A stretch of DNA of 64,000 nt. Origin: a virus. The notes beneath the pieces were generated by a model. The model was not told the origin of the DNA. It searched no databases and was given only the letters and a program-made list of their open reading frames with translations. Positions within the stretch are counted from its first letter, which is position 1. Each line of letters begins with the position of its first letter. Where the stretch lies: UHGV virus genome UHGV-0084588; one strand, given 5' to 3'. Positions 37,449 to 47,624 of this stretch are shown here, in pieces. Position numbers and translations under genes: made by a program.

Positions 37449-38736
37449 GTTCTTAGTAGCGGCATGTAAAGCCGAAGCATGGCGTCGCTTGGTTTGGCGC
37501 ATTGCTATCTTTAACATGTCGGTGTTTCCAACTGGGCGTGAAGAACCCGAAGCGTTTGATATTACGTACATTGACGGCTTACCGCATTATTACGCTGTAG
37601 AAGACGGCAAGGGCAGTTGGGAACCGATTACCGACGGTGTAAAGGATCAGGAGCTGTTTATCCCTGAAGAACAGTTCGAACTCCGTCCCGACGACTATCC
37701 CGGTCTAGAAGGTCCTATCCCCACGACAGTAGGGCGATACGTTTTTAACTGGATTGTTATCTGGTATGCTTTTGGTACACGTTTACCTTATCTGGCGATT
37801 TCACAAAACCCGTTGGAATACCGCAAAGAGATGCATCGGCGCTGTTTAGACCATGAATCCGATGAGCCAGAAAACGAAGGTGCGATTCGTCCGAGTATGA
37901 TTGAACGCTTTGTAAGCGGCTTACACGAACTCGCTCCTCTCACGTCAGGTATTGCACCAACCGGTACGTTACGAAGCCTTACGGTGCATCCTGATGCGTA
38001 TAAAATTCGCGATGCGTTGCTGTTGAAGCATAAGGATGAATTAGACGATCCTGCCGTTATCGTTAAGATTGAAAAAGCGTTGGATGAGTTAGACAAAGAG
38101 TGGTTGTCAGGTGACCAATCTATTGAGTTTTATAACTCGCCGAAATCACGGATGCGTCGTCGTAAATTAATGTTGATGTACGGTATTGAGTCGTCTTTTC
38201 AGGAAGGGGGACATTACACGCTCATTCCGAACGCGTTAGTTGAAGTTGATAAGGCGGGGATGGAAAACCTGGTTGCGAAATTCAACTCTATCCGTGAAGG
38301 TTCATTCTCTCGTGGTGCAGAAACAGCGAAAGGGGGTGAGCAGGTACGTATTATCCAGATGATTTTCCAGAACCATCGAATCGTCCCTGGTGACTGTGGA
38401 ACGAAACTAACGTATCCGGTTGTGATTACCGAAGATAACGTAAAACGTTACGTTGGGATGAATGCGATGGTTAATGGTAAACTGACGCCACTGACTGAGG
38501 AATATTTAAAGCAGCAGTTAGGTAAGGTGGTGCGGTTACGCCGACCCATCTTATGTCAGTATGGCCACATCGACACCTGCACAGCGTGTTCGTCAGCGAA
38601 TAAAGGGGAAGAACCTCGTGCAATCGCTGCGGATATATCCTCGGCGTTCTCTAACGTTATGTCCGTGGCAATGGCCGCGATGCACGGTAAAGAGACTGTG
38701 GTACACGAATTTAATCCATCGATCCACATTACGTAA
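37435..38736 (+). CDS. second RNA polymerase beta-prime-like C-terminal fragment (paralog of 29374-31473)
   Basis: SFQEG...REGSFSRGAETAKGG matches NFREG...HGARKGLADTALKTANSG; IVPGDCGT matches VVTEDDCGT; CTACSSANKGEEPRAIAADISSAF matches CAHCYG...NKGEAIGVIAAQSIGE; same 65-aa DCGT-to-CxxC spacing as 29374. Confidence 0.55.
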   Translation: MTRFEFLVAACKAEAWRRLVWRIAIFNMSVFPTGREEPEAFDITYIDGLPHYYAVEDGKGSWEPITDGVKDQELFIPEEQFELRPDDYPGLEGPIPTTVGRYVFNWIVIWYAFGTRLPYLAISQNPLEYRKEMHRRCLDHESDEPENEGAIRPSMIERFVSGLHELAPLTSGIAPTGTLRSLTVHPDAYKIRDALLLKHKDELDDPAVIVKIEKALDELDKEWLSGDQSIEFYNSPKSRMRRRKLMLMYGIESSFQEGGHYTLIPNALVEVDKAGMENLVAKFNSIREGSFSRGAETAKGGEQVRIIQMIFQNHRIVPGDCGTKLTYPVVITEDNVKRYVGMNAMVNGKLTPLTEEYLKQQLGKVVRLRRPILCQYGHIDTCTACSSANKGEEPRAIAADISSAFSNVMSVAMAAMHGKETVVHEFNPSIHIT

Positions 38737-38749
38737 GGATTATTAGCCA

Positions 38750-39259
38750 ATGGCAACTAAAGATATTACGACACAAGACGAGCGTACGTCAGCTGTAAGA
38801 CGTGCTGAGGAAAATACGGTAAATTACAGCCAAGATGACGCGTACCAGGTGCGACTTATTGCTACTCAGCTCGATGAGGCTGGCGCGGCAATTAGCCAAA
38901 ATAAACCGAAAGATACTCCAGAAGCTGACGATGCTTTCCGTAAGCTGCATCAATCGTTCCGTTCGTTATTTGAACTACGCGGTCAGGCGTTCATTGATGC
39001 TTTCAACGTGTTCGTTGAAGCTGCAATTAAACACAAGCGCGGTATCTTCTACTATCCGAATGTAAACTACCATTTAGATTGGTTTTACGATTCCGCCGAA
39101 CGTGAAACATACGTCGTGTTCATCAATATGTTAGTACGTTTCGCAAATTCCCAGGATAAAGCAAATTTCGCTCAGCGTGACAACGTTGGACGTTTGGTAC
39201 AACGTGTGACCGATCCAGAGCTGCAACACTTACTGGCTTACTGCTTCAACGCGGCATAA
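38750..39259 (+). CDS. hypothetical protein (169 aa)
   Basis: ATG with aagga RBS. Confidence 0.55.
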   Translation: MATKDITTQDERTSAVRRAEENTVNYSQDDAYQVRLIATQLDEAGAAISQNKPKDTPEADDAFRKLHQSFRSLFELRGQAFIDAFNVFVEAAIKHKRGIFYYPNVNYHLDWFYDSAERETYVVFINMLVRFANSQDKANFAQRDNVGRLVQRVTDPELQHLLAYCFNAA

Positions 39260-39261
39260 AA

Positions 39262-39309
39262 GTATTACCCTACTCCCATCGGGAGTAGGGTAACGTTTAT
39301 TTTTTTTTA
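39262..39309. terminator. bidirectional terminator; hairpin nearly identical to 44622-44669
   Basis: ttaccctactccc-atc-gggagtagggtaa flanked by A/T runs, between convergent genes. Confidence 0.7.
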
Positions 39310-41088
39310 CTTTGCGGCTTTGATGTATTCAAAAGGATCGGTAATTGCTTCTCCTTGTCGACGTAGAAAGGCTTCTAAGACGTCGTTTTTATCGGGTAAT
39401 AGGAAGAAATCTGTCGCGATCTCCATTGCGTTAACGCGACCTGCAGTAAGGTTAATACCGACGCGACGCCGTACTTCTTCAGGAACACCGTGAATGCTTA
39501 ATAACTCGATTAACGTCGTCTCACGAGACTGGTTCATCATGTTTGTTGCGGATGGGTATGCCTGGGTTAAGTCAGCATCTGCGGTTTGACCACGGAAAGC
39601 CGTGTAGAAATCATCAACCTCCTTGATGATGTTTCGTAGGCCATTCTCTGCGTTCATACACGCGGTCAATGTAACAATCCAACCGTCTGTCCCAATGACT
39701 TCATTGTCAAAATCGTTACGCATCGCGCTACCCACACAGCCGATAACCAGACCTTGTTCGTAGAGGTAGTACGTGTACGCAATACAGATTCGCTTCGGCA
39801 GTGAAGGGAAGATATCGTACATCGAATAACCTGCCAACACTGAAATAGCAGAAGACAGATCGTTCGTCTTTTTATCAAGCAGAACAATCATCAGGTTATC
39901 GAAGATGTTATAAACGCAGTATTCTAACGGGAAATCTTTCTGTGCCTTTAAGTGCCATTCCAATTTTTCCTCGTAGGGTAAATCCGGTAAGTCTAACTTG
40001 TTTAAACCCAACTCGGTTTCCAGTATCGCGTTAAGTTTGTAAGAAGGACGTTGCCCTTCGTGTACACGCAATGAACGGAATAGACACATCGCATCTACAC
40101 AGTAGAATGACGCCGTACAATAAAGAATGTGCCACTGCTGTGAAGGTGCTTTTGTTAGTGACTTTGATTCCGTTTTCTTCGATGCTTCGTCTTTCTTAAA
40201 GTAGACACGACGGTACTGTTTCGGCACGTCTGGATGACAGAAGACGTCTTCCGGTGGAATGCCCGCTGCTTCTAAAGCTTCTAACATACGTGAAATATCG
40301 AACTCGTGGTTCCATGCGACAAGTAAGTCAGGGAGACGAGGGTGAATTTCCTCAAACATCCGTTGAATACAACAGCCCGAATTGAGACATTCGTAAACGA
40401 AGATTTTGTAACCGTCGATAACGTTTTTGTATTTAACGATAGGATTGTCGTTCTCGTCTTTTCCACGAAAAGCGATTTTAGAAAGCAATTCCTGAGCACG
40501 ATTGACGAGTCGCGCTTCAAAGTTTTCGCGTCCGCAGCGTGTGACGTAGTCTTTCGTAGCAAAGAAATGAATCTCGTCGTCTAAAACAAAACTCATAATC
40601 CAGGGGTCTCGAGATTTGTCTTCTTCTCGAGTTTCCACGTCGTATACACAGATGCGGTTGGGTGAAACAGCATTAGGCCATTTACGCATGTACTTTTCTT
40701 TAATCCAGCTCGTAATGGGCAAATCGGCCCAGTAAACAAACGGTGAAGTACAAACTTGGCGGAGTGGTTTCTTTTTGTCGGGAAAACGAATCCCCAAACC
40801 CATCTGTATGGTTGAGGACATCATTACATCCGTTGTTAAATATTCCTGACACTTACTACGTTCCTCGTATTCCTTCTTTTCCTTGTGGTTACGATGTTGT
40901 GGTAAAGTAATGTAGATGGGACGTTTCAGATTTTCACGCATGACAATTCGTGGGATATATCTGCCATCTTTAGTATGGACGACCTCCTTTATGAGCACGA
41001 AGTCGTTTTCTTTCTGCTGATCGGTTGCGTAAGAAACAAACTTGCACTCCTTGGCAATAACGTCTTCCGGTGCGTAATAGTTATTCAT
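39307..41088 (-). CDS. putative family-B DNA polymerase, N-terminal fragment (3'-5' exonuclease domain plus motif A)
   Basis: Exo I YDVETRE, Exo II AWNHEFD, Exo III-like FYCVDA, motif A-like DLTQAYPSA in canonical order; start at internal ATG 41088 with RBS. Confidence 0.45.
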   Translation of the reverse strand: MNNYYAPEDVIAKECKFVSYATDQQKENDFVLIKEVVHTKDGRYIPRIVMRENLKRPIYITLPQHRNHKEKKEYEERSKCQEYLTTDVMMSSTIQMGLGIRFPDKKKPLRQVCTSPFVYWADLPITSWIKEKYMRKWPNAVSPNRICVYDVETREEDKSRDPWIMSFVLDDEIHFFATKDYVTRCGRENFEARLVNRAQELLSKIAFRGKDENDNPIVKYKNVIDGYKIFVYECLNSGCCIQRMFEEIHPRLPDLLVAWNHEFDISRMLEALEAAGIPPEDVFCHPDVPKQYRRVYFKKDEASKKTESKSLTKAPSQQWHILYCTASFYCVDAMCLFRSLRVHEGQRPSYKLNAILETELGLNKLDLPDLPYEEKLEWHLKAQKDFPLEYCVYNIFDNLMIVLLDKKTNDLSSAISVLAGYSMYDIFPSLPKRICIAYTYYLYEQGLVIGCVGSAMRNDFDNEVIGTDGWIVTLTACMNAENGLRNIIKEVDDFYTAFRGQTADADLTQAYPSATNMMNQSRETTLIELLSIHGVPEEVRRRVGINLTAGRVNAMEIATDFFLLPDKNDVLEAFLRRQGEAITDPFEYIKAAK

Positions 41089-41159
41089 GATTTCACTCTC
41101 AAATCTAGCGGCTGCTATACTGATTTGTGGGTAATGTAATTTCTCAAAAGGAAACACAA

Positions 41160-42494
41160 ATGGGATATTGGCAAAATCACATTGCATCAGTTGCGGATGC
41201 AAAGGTTGTAGCCGCAGAATCGATTAAATTCCAAGACAAAAAGAAGCTGGCAGAATTGGCTGATGTTATTGCTAAGTTTCGTGGGGCAGGCGATTTCAGT
41301 CCTGCGGGCTACGAAAGTGCCGGGGTTTCGGATTGGGTATTTAAGAATATCGGCATTACGATTCACTTTAAGAACGGTGGCGAACTGGGTCTTGCTGACG
41401 TTGCTTTTGCAGGTGTAGAACCACCGAAATTGGATGCAAACAGCCCAATCATCGCATCGATGACTCGTGCACTGTACGCAGGTAACAAAGACCTGGATAT
41501 GTACAGTAAGTTCATCAAAGAAAACGAGTTAAACACAACAATCGATGACAGCAGTGCAAAAATCAGTGGTGACCTGAGCAAAGTGGGTTCTCCGCTTTAC
41601 CTTACCCCGGTGCTGCTGGAAAAACTAAACTTGACCGATTTGGAGATCGCTTCGGTGATTCTTCACGAGGTGGGTCACATCTACTATTATTTCCGTACGC
41701 TGATGCGCACTGTAGTGACTGATTTGCTGGCAGATGCTGCGGCTAACCGCATTATGGAAACGGAAGACCAAACTGTCCGCCTGCGTATCGTTAAAGACGT
41801 GGAAAAGATGCTGAACACGAAAGTGAATCAGCCGGAAACGATTTGTACTGAGTACAAAAAAGAAAACGTCTATATGCACTTAGTCACACAGCTGTTATTA
41901 GATCGTCCGTACATTAGCGGCAGTCAAGGTTTTGCTAACAGGACATGGGAACGTGCTGCGGATGATTTTGCTTCCCGCTTTGGCGGCGCTCCTTATCTGG
42001 CCTCGGCACTGTATAAAATGGAAACCAGCCCGTTCTATTTGCTGCGGAACTCAGCGTATATGAACATGGGTGTCCATTTGACACTAGAGCTTTTCCGCGT
42101 GACCGCACTGATAGTTTCTTCTACGATTCCAATTATTCCAGTGATCTCTGTGACATTCGGAATGATCTTAAATGACCCGGATAACACCATTTACGATCCG
42201 CCGCAGCAGCGTTTTGAGGCGATGCGTCGTACACTCGTTGAAGAACTCAATACGATTAAAGACAAGAATACGAAAGCTGCTAACGAACAACGTAAACGTA
42301 TTCTGGATGGTATTGCGGTTATCGACAAGTTGTTAGAAACGGTAAAAGACAAAGATAATCTGTATCAGTTTATCTGGAATACCTTGACGCCGAAGGGTCG
42401 TCGTTCACGTGCTGCTGTGGACTATCAGCGTGCAATCGGGAAGTACATGTCGAATGACCTTCGTATTGCTTCAGCCATGTTTAATGTCGAATAA
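41160..42494 (+). CDS. hypothetical protein with HExxH zinc-metallopeptidase-like motif
   Basis: ILHEVGHIYYY; ATG at 41160 with aaagga RBS. Confidence 0.4.
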   Translation: MGYWQNHIASVADAKVVAAESIKFQDKKKLAELADVIAKFRGAGDFSPAGYESAGVSDWVFKNIGITIHFKNGGELGLADVAFAGVEPPKLDANSPIIASMTRALYAGNKDLDMYSKFIKENELNTTIDDSSAKISGDLSKVGSPLYLTPVLLEKLNLTDLEIASVILHEVGHIYYYFRTLMRTVVTDLLADAAANRIMETEDQTVRLRIVKDVEKMLNTKVNQPETICTEYKKENVYMHLVTQLLLDRPYISGSQGFANRTWERAADDFASRFGGAPYLASALYKMETSPFYLLRNSAYMNMGVHLTLELFRVTALIVSSTIPIIPVISVTFGMILNDPDNTIYDPPQQRFEAMRRTLVEELNTIKDKNTKAANEQRKRILDGIAVIDKLLETVKDKDNLYQFIWNTLTPKGRRSRAAVDYQRAIGKYMSNDLRIASAMFNVE

Positions 42495-42508
42495 GTAAAG
42501 GTAAAATC

Positions 42509-42952
42509 ATGACGCATAAAGTTTCTTTAAACTCCTTAGTTCTGGACTTTAAACGTACGAACGAGGGTAAGGGAGTACAGGCACAGCGTGCTCTGACTGG
42601 CCTGGTTGCATTCACACTGGCGTATAACGCCGATATGCCCGATAATGGACCGCTGGGAGCGAATGAGGTAGCACAACTTAAACTTCGTCCGCTGATGAAA
42701 AACGTTGTGTCCGATGTGAATGAACTCTATTGTGTCGACCTGGGCAGCATCGAAGATTTGACCGTTGGGCTATTCTGCAACCGTTACGACAGTGCTTGGG
42801 GCGGTCGTCGCGCTATTGAGAATTTCTCTGTTCGTGAGATTTTCAATGAAGCGCTGGGCGATGATGTATGGGATACCGTTAACCTGTGGCTGGAACGCTT
42901 CATGGAAACGGTGAAATTCTATATGGATGAAACGCGAGGCAAACTGGTATGA
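42509..42952 (+). CDS. hypothetical protein (147 aa)
   Basis: ATG with RBS; ATGA overlap with next gene. Confidence 0.55.
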   Translation: MTHKVSLNSLVLDFKRTNEGKGVQAQRALTGLVAFTLAYNADMPDNGPLGANEVAQLKLRPLMKNVVSDVNELYCVDLGSIEDLTVGLFCNRYDSAWGGRRAIENFSVREIFNEALGDDVWDTVNLWLERFMETVKFYMDETRGKLV

Positions 42953-44619
42953 GCATGGAGATGATGGCAAACATTGCGCAACCGCAGTGGAAACTCGATG
43001 AACTTCCTGCGTTATTAGAACAACGTATGGAAGAACGAATCGATTCTGTTAGCCAACTCAATCTCTACATGCAGCGTAATGAAGCAGACCTGATCTACGG
43101 TTCTCGTCTTATCGCACAGATTGAAGCGATTCTGCGTGAAATCCGTAAAGCAGGATTGAACCGTGATGTTGCTGTAGCGACTGAATCTTTGCGTCCTGGC
43201 ACGATCCCGAAGGCTGTACAAAGTGTACTGACGTCGAATTATTCCAAAACACACCAGAAAGAAACGGTGGTGGCGTTAGAGTCTTACGCTAATTTCGGTA
43301 AGATTAGCCTTATCGTGATGGTGATGATGGGGATAATGAAAATCCTCAGTTGGATTATCAGCAACGCTGTTCCTTTTGCGGGCGCTGCGAACATTGACGG
43401 GAACGACTATCGCGAGAAACTGGAAGAGAAGTTGGCCGATGTTCCTTTCACAGAGCGCTTGAAAACTACTGTACTGAAAGAAGTTTATCTGGTACTGTCA
43501 AAAGGTTTGAAAGACAGCGAGTTAAGCAACCTGGAGTTATCTCTTTCACTGGCCGACGATGTTTTCGTGAACATGGAAGCTGAAGAGTTTCTAAATAAAC
43601 TCGCCGCCGCGTTAGGGAAATCGCCGTTTATCGATACGTTTAAGAACCACCTTAAACGACGTCAGAATGAGCTGCAGGTTATTCAGGATCTGCTAGATAC
43701 GCTGCTACGGACGAACATCGGTTACGGTGTATTTGACTTCGGGGTTGCTGAGGAAGTCTATAATGGCTTGCCACCTGATGTGAAACGTGCTGGGGTGAAC
43801 ATTCCGTCAGATATTCAGTTCAACTTAATGAGCACGATTCTTGACAGTTTTGGCGGCGCGCTTCAGGACTTAGACCAGTCGCTGAAAGACATCAAAACTT
43901 ACTACCTGTCAAATAACCCGAAGGTAGGGACGTCGCAAGAGAACCAAGTTGCTGCGGTGCATCTGGTCCGTGCGTTAGGTGAGATCAACGGTCGAATCGA
44001 ATATTCTGCTACGGAGTTCGGTCGACAGAAAGGTAGCCCGGGCCCAATTTTGCGTGTGAAAGACAAGGTTGAGCTTCTCGGTTATACCACACGTGAATTA
44101 GACAACGGTTGGATGATTGCATCAATCGGCGCTAACTCTTTCTTTGGCTCCACAACAAACCTGGAGATGATGCGCCAGGAGTTGAGCTTAAGTAACGGCG
44201 ACTATCGTGAGCTGTTAGCATGTCTGATTACGCTGGCACGTAGTGGTATCTCGGACGGTGTGGCGAATACTGCGCTGGACAAGTATAAGGTGTTGGAAAA
44301 ACGTGTCGATCAGGTTGTAAAAACGCTGAAAGAGATGGCGCGTCAGTCACGTTCTGGTGTTGACACTGAGAAATGGCAGGCGATGGAACAGGCGTTTAAA
44401 GACCAGGTGACGCGAGGGGAAAATTTTAACCTTCACGGTCGTGAATTGACCACGATGATGGTGTTAAACCCTGACCGTAATGTCTGGGATTCTGTTGCGC
44501 ACAGTGCAAACATGATTAACATGTGGTGCAAGGCTGCAGGGTCTATGGCAACGGTGTTGAAACGCGCCAAGTCCAACCCACTTGTAAAAGGCGGGAAGTT
44601 CAATAAATTAGTTGATTAA
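42949..44619 (+). CDS. hypothetical protein (556 aa) with one predicted transmembrane segment
   Basis: Hydrophobic stretch ISLIVMVMMGIMKILSWIISNAVPFAGAA. Confidence 0.5.
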   Translation: MSMEMMANIAQPQWKLDELPALLEQRMEERIDSVSQLNLYMQRNEADLIYGSRLIAQIEAILREIRKAGLNRDVAVATESLRPGTIPKAVQSVLTSNYSKTHQKETVVALESYANFGKISLIVMVMMGIMKILSWIISNAVPFAGAANIDGNDYREKLEEKLADVPFTERLKTTVLKEVYLVLSKGLKDSELSNLELSLSLADDVFVNMEAEEFLNKLAAALGKSPFIDTFKNHLKRRQNELQVIQDLLDTLLRTNIGYGVFDFGVAEEVYNGLPPDVKRAGVNIPSDIQFNLMSTILDSFGGALQDLDQSLKDIKTYYLSNNPKVGTSQENQVAAVHLVRALGEINGRIEYSATEFGRQKGSPGPILRVKDKVELLGYTTRELDNGWMIASIGANSFFGSTTNLEMMRQELSLSNGDYRELLACLITLARSGISDGVANTALDKYKVLEKRVDQVVKTLKEMARQSRSGVDTEKWQAMEQAFKDQVTRGENFNLHGRELTTMMVLNPDRNVWDSVAHSANMINMWCKAAGSMATVLKRAKSNPLVKGGKFNKLVD

Positions 44620-44621
44620 AA

Positions 44622-44669
44622 AAGATTACCCTACTCCTCCGGGAGTAGGGTAACTTTTATTATTTTTTC
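44622..44669. terminator. bidirectional terminator; hairpin nearly identical to 39262-39309
   Basis: ttaccctactcc-tcc-gggagtagggtaa flanked by A/T runs. Confidence 0.7.
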
Positions 44670-47624
44670 TTAATCGGCGGTAGTATCGTGGCGGTTATAA
44701 ACAATAACGATATCGTCTTTAAGCCCGATGTCGCCGCTGGCCTCAATGTCCAGCTTTTTACCTATAGTTGCTCTTGATGCTTCTGAGACAACGGTAAAGA
44801 GACGCATGTCTTTATCTGGCCCCATAGCATCGAGTTCAACACCGATAATAGACGCATCGAGGGTTTCACTCAACGCATTACCGATTTCTGTTGCAGAGAT
44901 TGTTAGATGGCTACCCAAGTAATCGTTGATAACCTGAGAAGTTTTCTTACGAATCTGCGTTAAGAGCTCGGTGTTATTGCGGTTAGCAGCTGTTAGGTAA
45001 TAGCGTACTGTGAATTGGTTTTCCGCAGGGACAGGTGTTACTACCCCGTCCTCTGTACGAGCGTCGATATACCCCATTGTTGTAATCGGCACAAAGTAAC
45101 CTTCGGTGCGTTCTAACAACATAGGCTTCAAAGTCGGGAGTATTACCGTGACGTAGTTAACGATGTTTTCGATAACTTCATTCAGATACGATTTTGCAGA
45201 AGGTGTCGTCGCGAATTTATATCGCGCATCGAACACTGCCATCTCACTCCGGAATTTGATAGAACGTGACTTCGCAATTTTCGGATTACCAAACTCGTCT
45301 TTAACTAAGTCGCCTTCACGATGTAGGACGATCTGTTCTCCAGCTTCGTCGAGTTTAGGATCGCCTTTACGATGCTCGTACGTAATCTGAAGTGGTGGAG
45401 TGCGGCCTGCATCGTAAGTATAGATTGGTACACCATTCTCATCGCGTTTAACAACATCGATCTCCCACGTTGCCATCACGTCTTGTTCGTAATACTGGTA
45501 GTTAATGCTGTCAGTAACAGCACGCGCTTTACGCCAGTAGTACGTCATTGCCTTACCCAATTCGATTTTGAAAATTTCATGGGTAATACCAATCGCGTCA
45601 CGTGATGGGGCAGTGATTAACGCATCCATTTCCGCACGTTCGTAATTGCCAGGGTAGTAACCCGTGCAGCCGTAGAACAGGTTGAAATCTGTTGTCAGTG
45701 GTACAGGCGTTTCCGTTGGCGTGCTACTACTAATACGCGTATTCGTTAGTACCAATTCGTCATTACGGTCAACGTCCAGGTTGGTTTCCAGTAGGAACTC
45801 CCATACACGTTCGCTACCCTGCTTACCGACTAACGTACCGTTGATGTACGCTAAAGTATTGTCTGCGTTACGCGGACGGAACGATAGCTGCGCAAAAACT
45901 TGGTCGTCAGTCAGTGCTTGATAAGGTGCCTCCGACTTCGTTACGGTACGCAAAACATAACCGGCTTCGGTCTTTTCGATAGTGTAGTCAGCCGTTACCA
46001 CACTGAGTTCCGTACTTACGTTAGTAGCAATAAAGCGTTTGGAGTTTAACGTCGGTTTATCTAATTGATAAATACGAACGTCGATGGCTTTATTGTTGAT
46101 ATCCACAACGTAATGGAATGGCGTAAAGAGATAACGATTAGCGTTGGCCGCGTTAATCAAATCTTCTTTACGCATGGTTTTTGCTAAGACCGTCATTTCA
46201 GCATCAACCGTCAGGCTGGTGTCGGTGAATCGATAAAGCGTATCAGGAAGAATCGTCAAGCGATTACCGTTAACCTTTACCGTCGGCAGATTAACCAATT
46301 CATTCCAGGAGAAATAGAACGGTGCCGTGATTGTCCCGATGGGAGAACTGACATTGGGAATTGTCGAATCGAGCATCGGTGCCGTTAAGAAGTATGTACG
46401 GCTAGTAACATAGTCGTTTGGTTTCGACAACGTTAGGCCGTAATCGGAAACCGTTGCTTCTAATTGCTTCTCCGTAACAGGGAGTTTTCGTGCACCTACA
46501 GCGTTATTGACCACACGTGTACGCAAGTCTTCGAACGTGAGCTGGCTACGACCACCTGATAACATTTTACCCGCTTTTGCAGCCATCTGTTTGATGGAAA
46601 AACTCTTAATCGGGTTAACGTAGTTTTCGTCGTACTCACCGTTTAAATCACGCAATGTGAACGTGTACTCATCAGACGGATAAGCCGAGATATCGACACT
46701 CAAAGGCCCTAAGGTCGTGTAGATATCCATACGAATTTCGCCACTTACCAAATTCTTCGCCATGTAGATCGAAGGGATGGTACACCGTATAACACCGTCA
46801 CCGACCTGAATCAACGCCGTTGGGGTGTTGGGGTCGTAAACGTCACGACTGTGCGTATGTTGAATTTCAACCCACTTGTTATCGTTGGTTGATTTCATCC
46901 ACACCCTTACGTAGAAAAATTTGTTAGTGTAGTGGCGGGTCATGACAAAGGTATTTTTCCCCGCAACGGTGTCACTTTCGTTCTTCACCGCATACTGCAT
47001 GACGGGGATATGGATTGCCAGCAGTTGTGAAGCCGTGGTGTTAGACGATGTCAATTCCCAGTCCAGTGCATTCGTCGAGACAGGAGAAATAGGTGACTGT
47101 GTTTCGGTAATCCATAGAACCTGAAAAGCTGGGTTTTCATTGGTGCCGTAAGGAAGTACCCTGATTTCAATCGGGTATTGGATGGCGAAGGTGTAACCTG
47201 AAACCGTGAAAATTGTGTCTCGTGGGATAACAACCTTACGCACACCCGCTATTTGCAAAGGGTACGCCTTGGAGATTAAACTGTCAACATCGATTAATAA
47301 CAACAACTCGGTGGTCGAAGGTTGGGCGAACACATCAACATAGTCTACATCGGACATATGTCGGAACAGGTCATCGTACGTTTGCGCCATCGATGGAAAA
47401 GTCTTTGGTACCGATTCTTGCAAACCCATGAGCGTCGCATGACCTAACATTGTCCCCATTTCCGCCAAGTAAACAACAGGGTCTGTTGGGTCACGTAACA
47501 GTATTTGGCCTTCGGCGTCTTCTACATCCAGAAGCTGATTCAAGAGCAGTGTTTGCATCGCTGCCGGATGGTGGGCAAACAACAGTATGTTCTTTGCCAA
47601 AGTATCGTAAGTCGTAGAACTCAT
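44670..47624 (-). CDS. large hypothetical protein (984 aa); possibly a virion structural protein
   Basis: Long minus-strand ORF, ATGA-coupled to the upstream minus gene; no recognisable enzymatic motifs. Confidence 0.55.
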   Translation of the reverse strand: MSSTTYDTLAKNILLFAHHPAAMQTLLLNQLLDVEDAEGQILLRDPTDPVVYLAEMGTMLGHATLMGLQESVPKTFPSMAQTYDDLFRHMSDVDYVDVFAQPSTTELLLLIDVDSLISKAYPLQIAGVRKVVIPRDTIFTVSGYTFAIQYPIEIRVLPYGTNENPAFQVLWITETQSPISPVSTNALDWELTSSNTTASQLLAIHIPVMQYAVKNESDTVAGKNTFVMTRHYTNKFFYVRVWMKSTNDNKWVEIQHTHSRDVYDPNTPTALIQVGDGVIRCTIPSIYMAKNLVSGEIRMDIYTTLGPLSVDISAYPSDEYTFTLRDLNGEYDENYVNPIKSFSIKQMAAKAGKMLSGGRSQLTFEDLRTRVVNNAVGARKLPVTEKQLEATVSDYGLTLSKPNDYVTSRTYFLTAPMLDSTIPNVSSPIGTITAPFYFSWNELVNLPTVKVNGNRLTILPDTLYRFTDTSLTVDAEMTVLAKTMRKEDLINAANANRYLFTPFHYVVDINNKAIDVRIYQLDKPTLNSKRFIATNVSTELSVVTADYTIEKTEAGYVLRTVTKSEAPYQALTDDQVFAQLSFRPRNADNTLAYINGTLVGKQGSERVWEFLLETNLDVDRNDELVLTNTRISSSTPTETPVPLTTDFNLFYGCTGYYPGNYERAEMDALITAPSRDAIGITHEIFKIELGKAMTYYWRKARAVTDSINYQYYEQDVMATWEIDVVKRDENGVPIYTYDAGRTPPLQITYEHRKGDPKLDEAGEQIVLHREGDLVKDEFGNPKIAKSRSIKFRSEMAVFDARYKFATTPSAKSYLNEVIENIVNYVTVILPTLKPMLLERTEGYFVPITTMGYIDARTEDGVVTPVPAENQFTVRYYLTAANRNNTELLTQIRKKTSQVINDYLGSHLTISATEIGNALSETLDASIIGVELDAMGPDKDMRLFTVVSEASRATIGKKLDIEASGDIGLKDDIVIVYNRHDTTAD

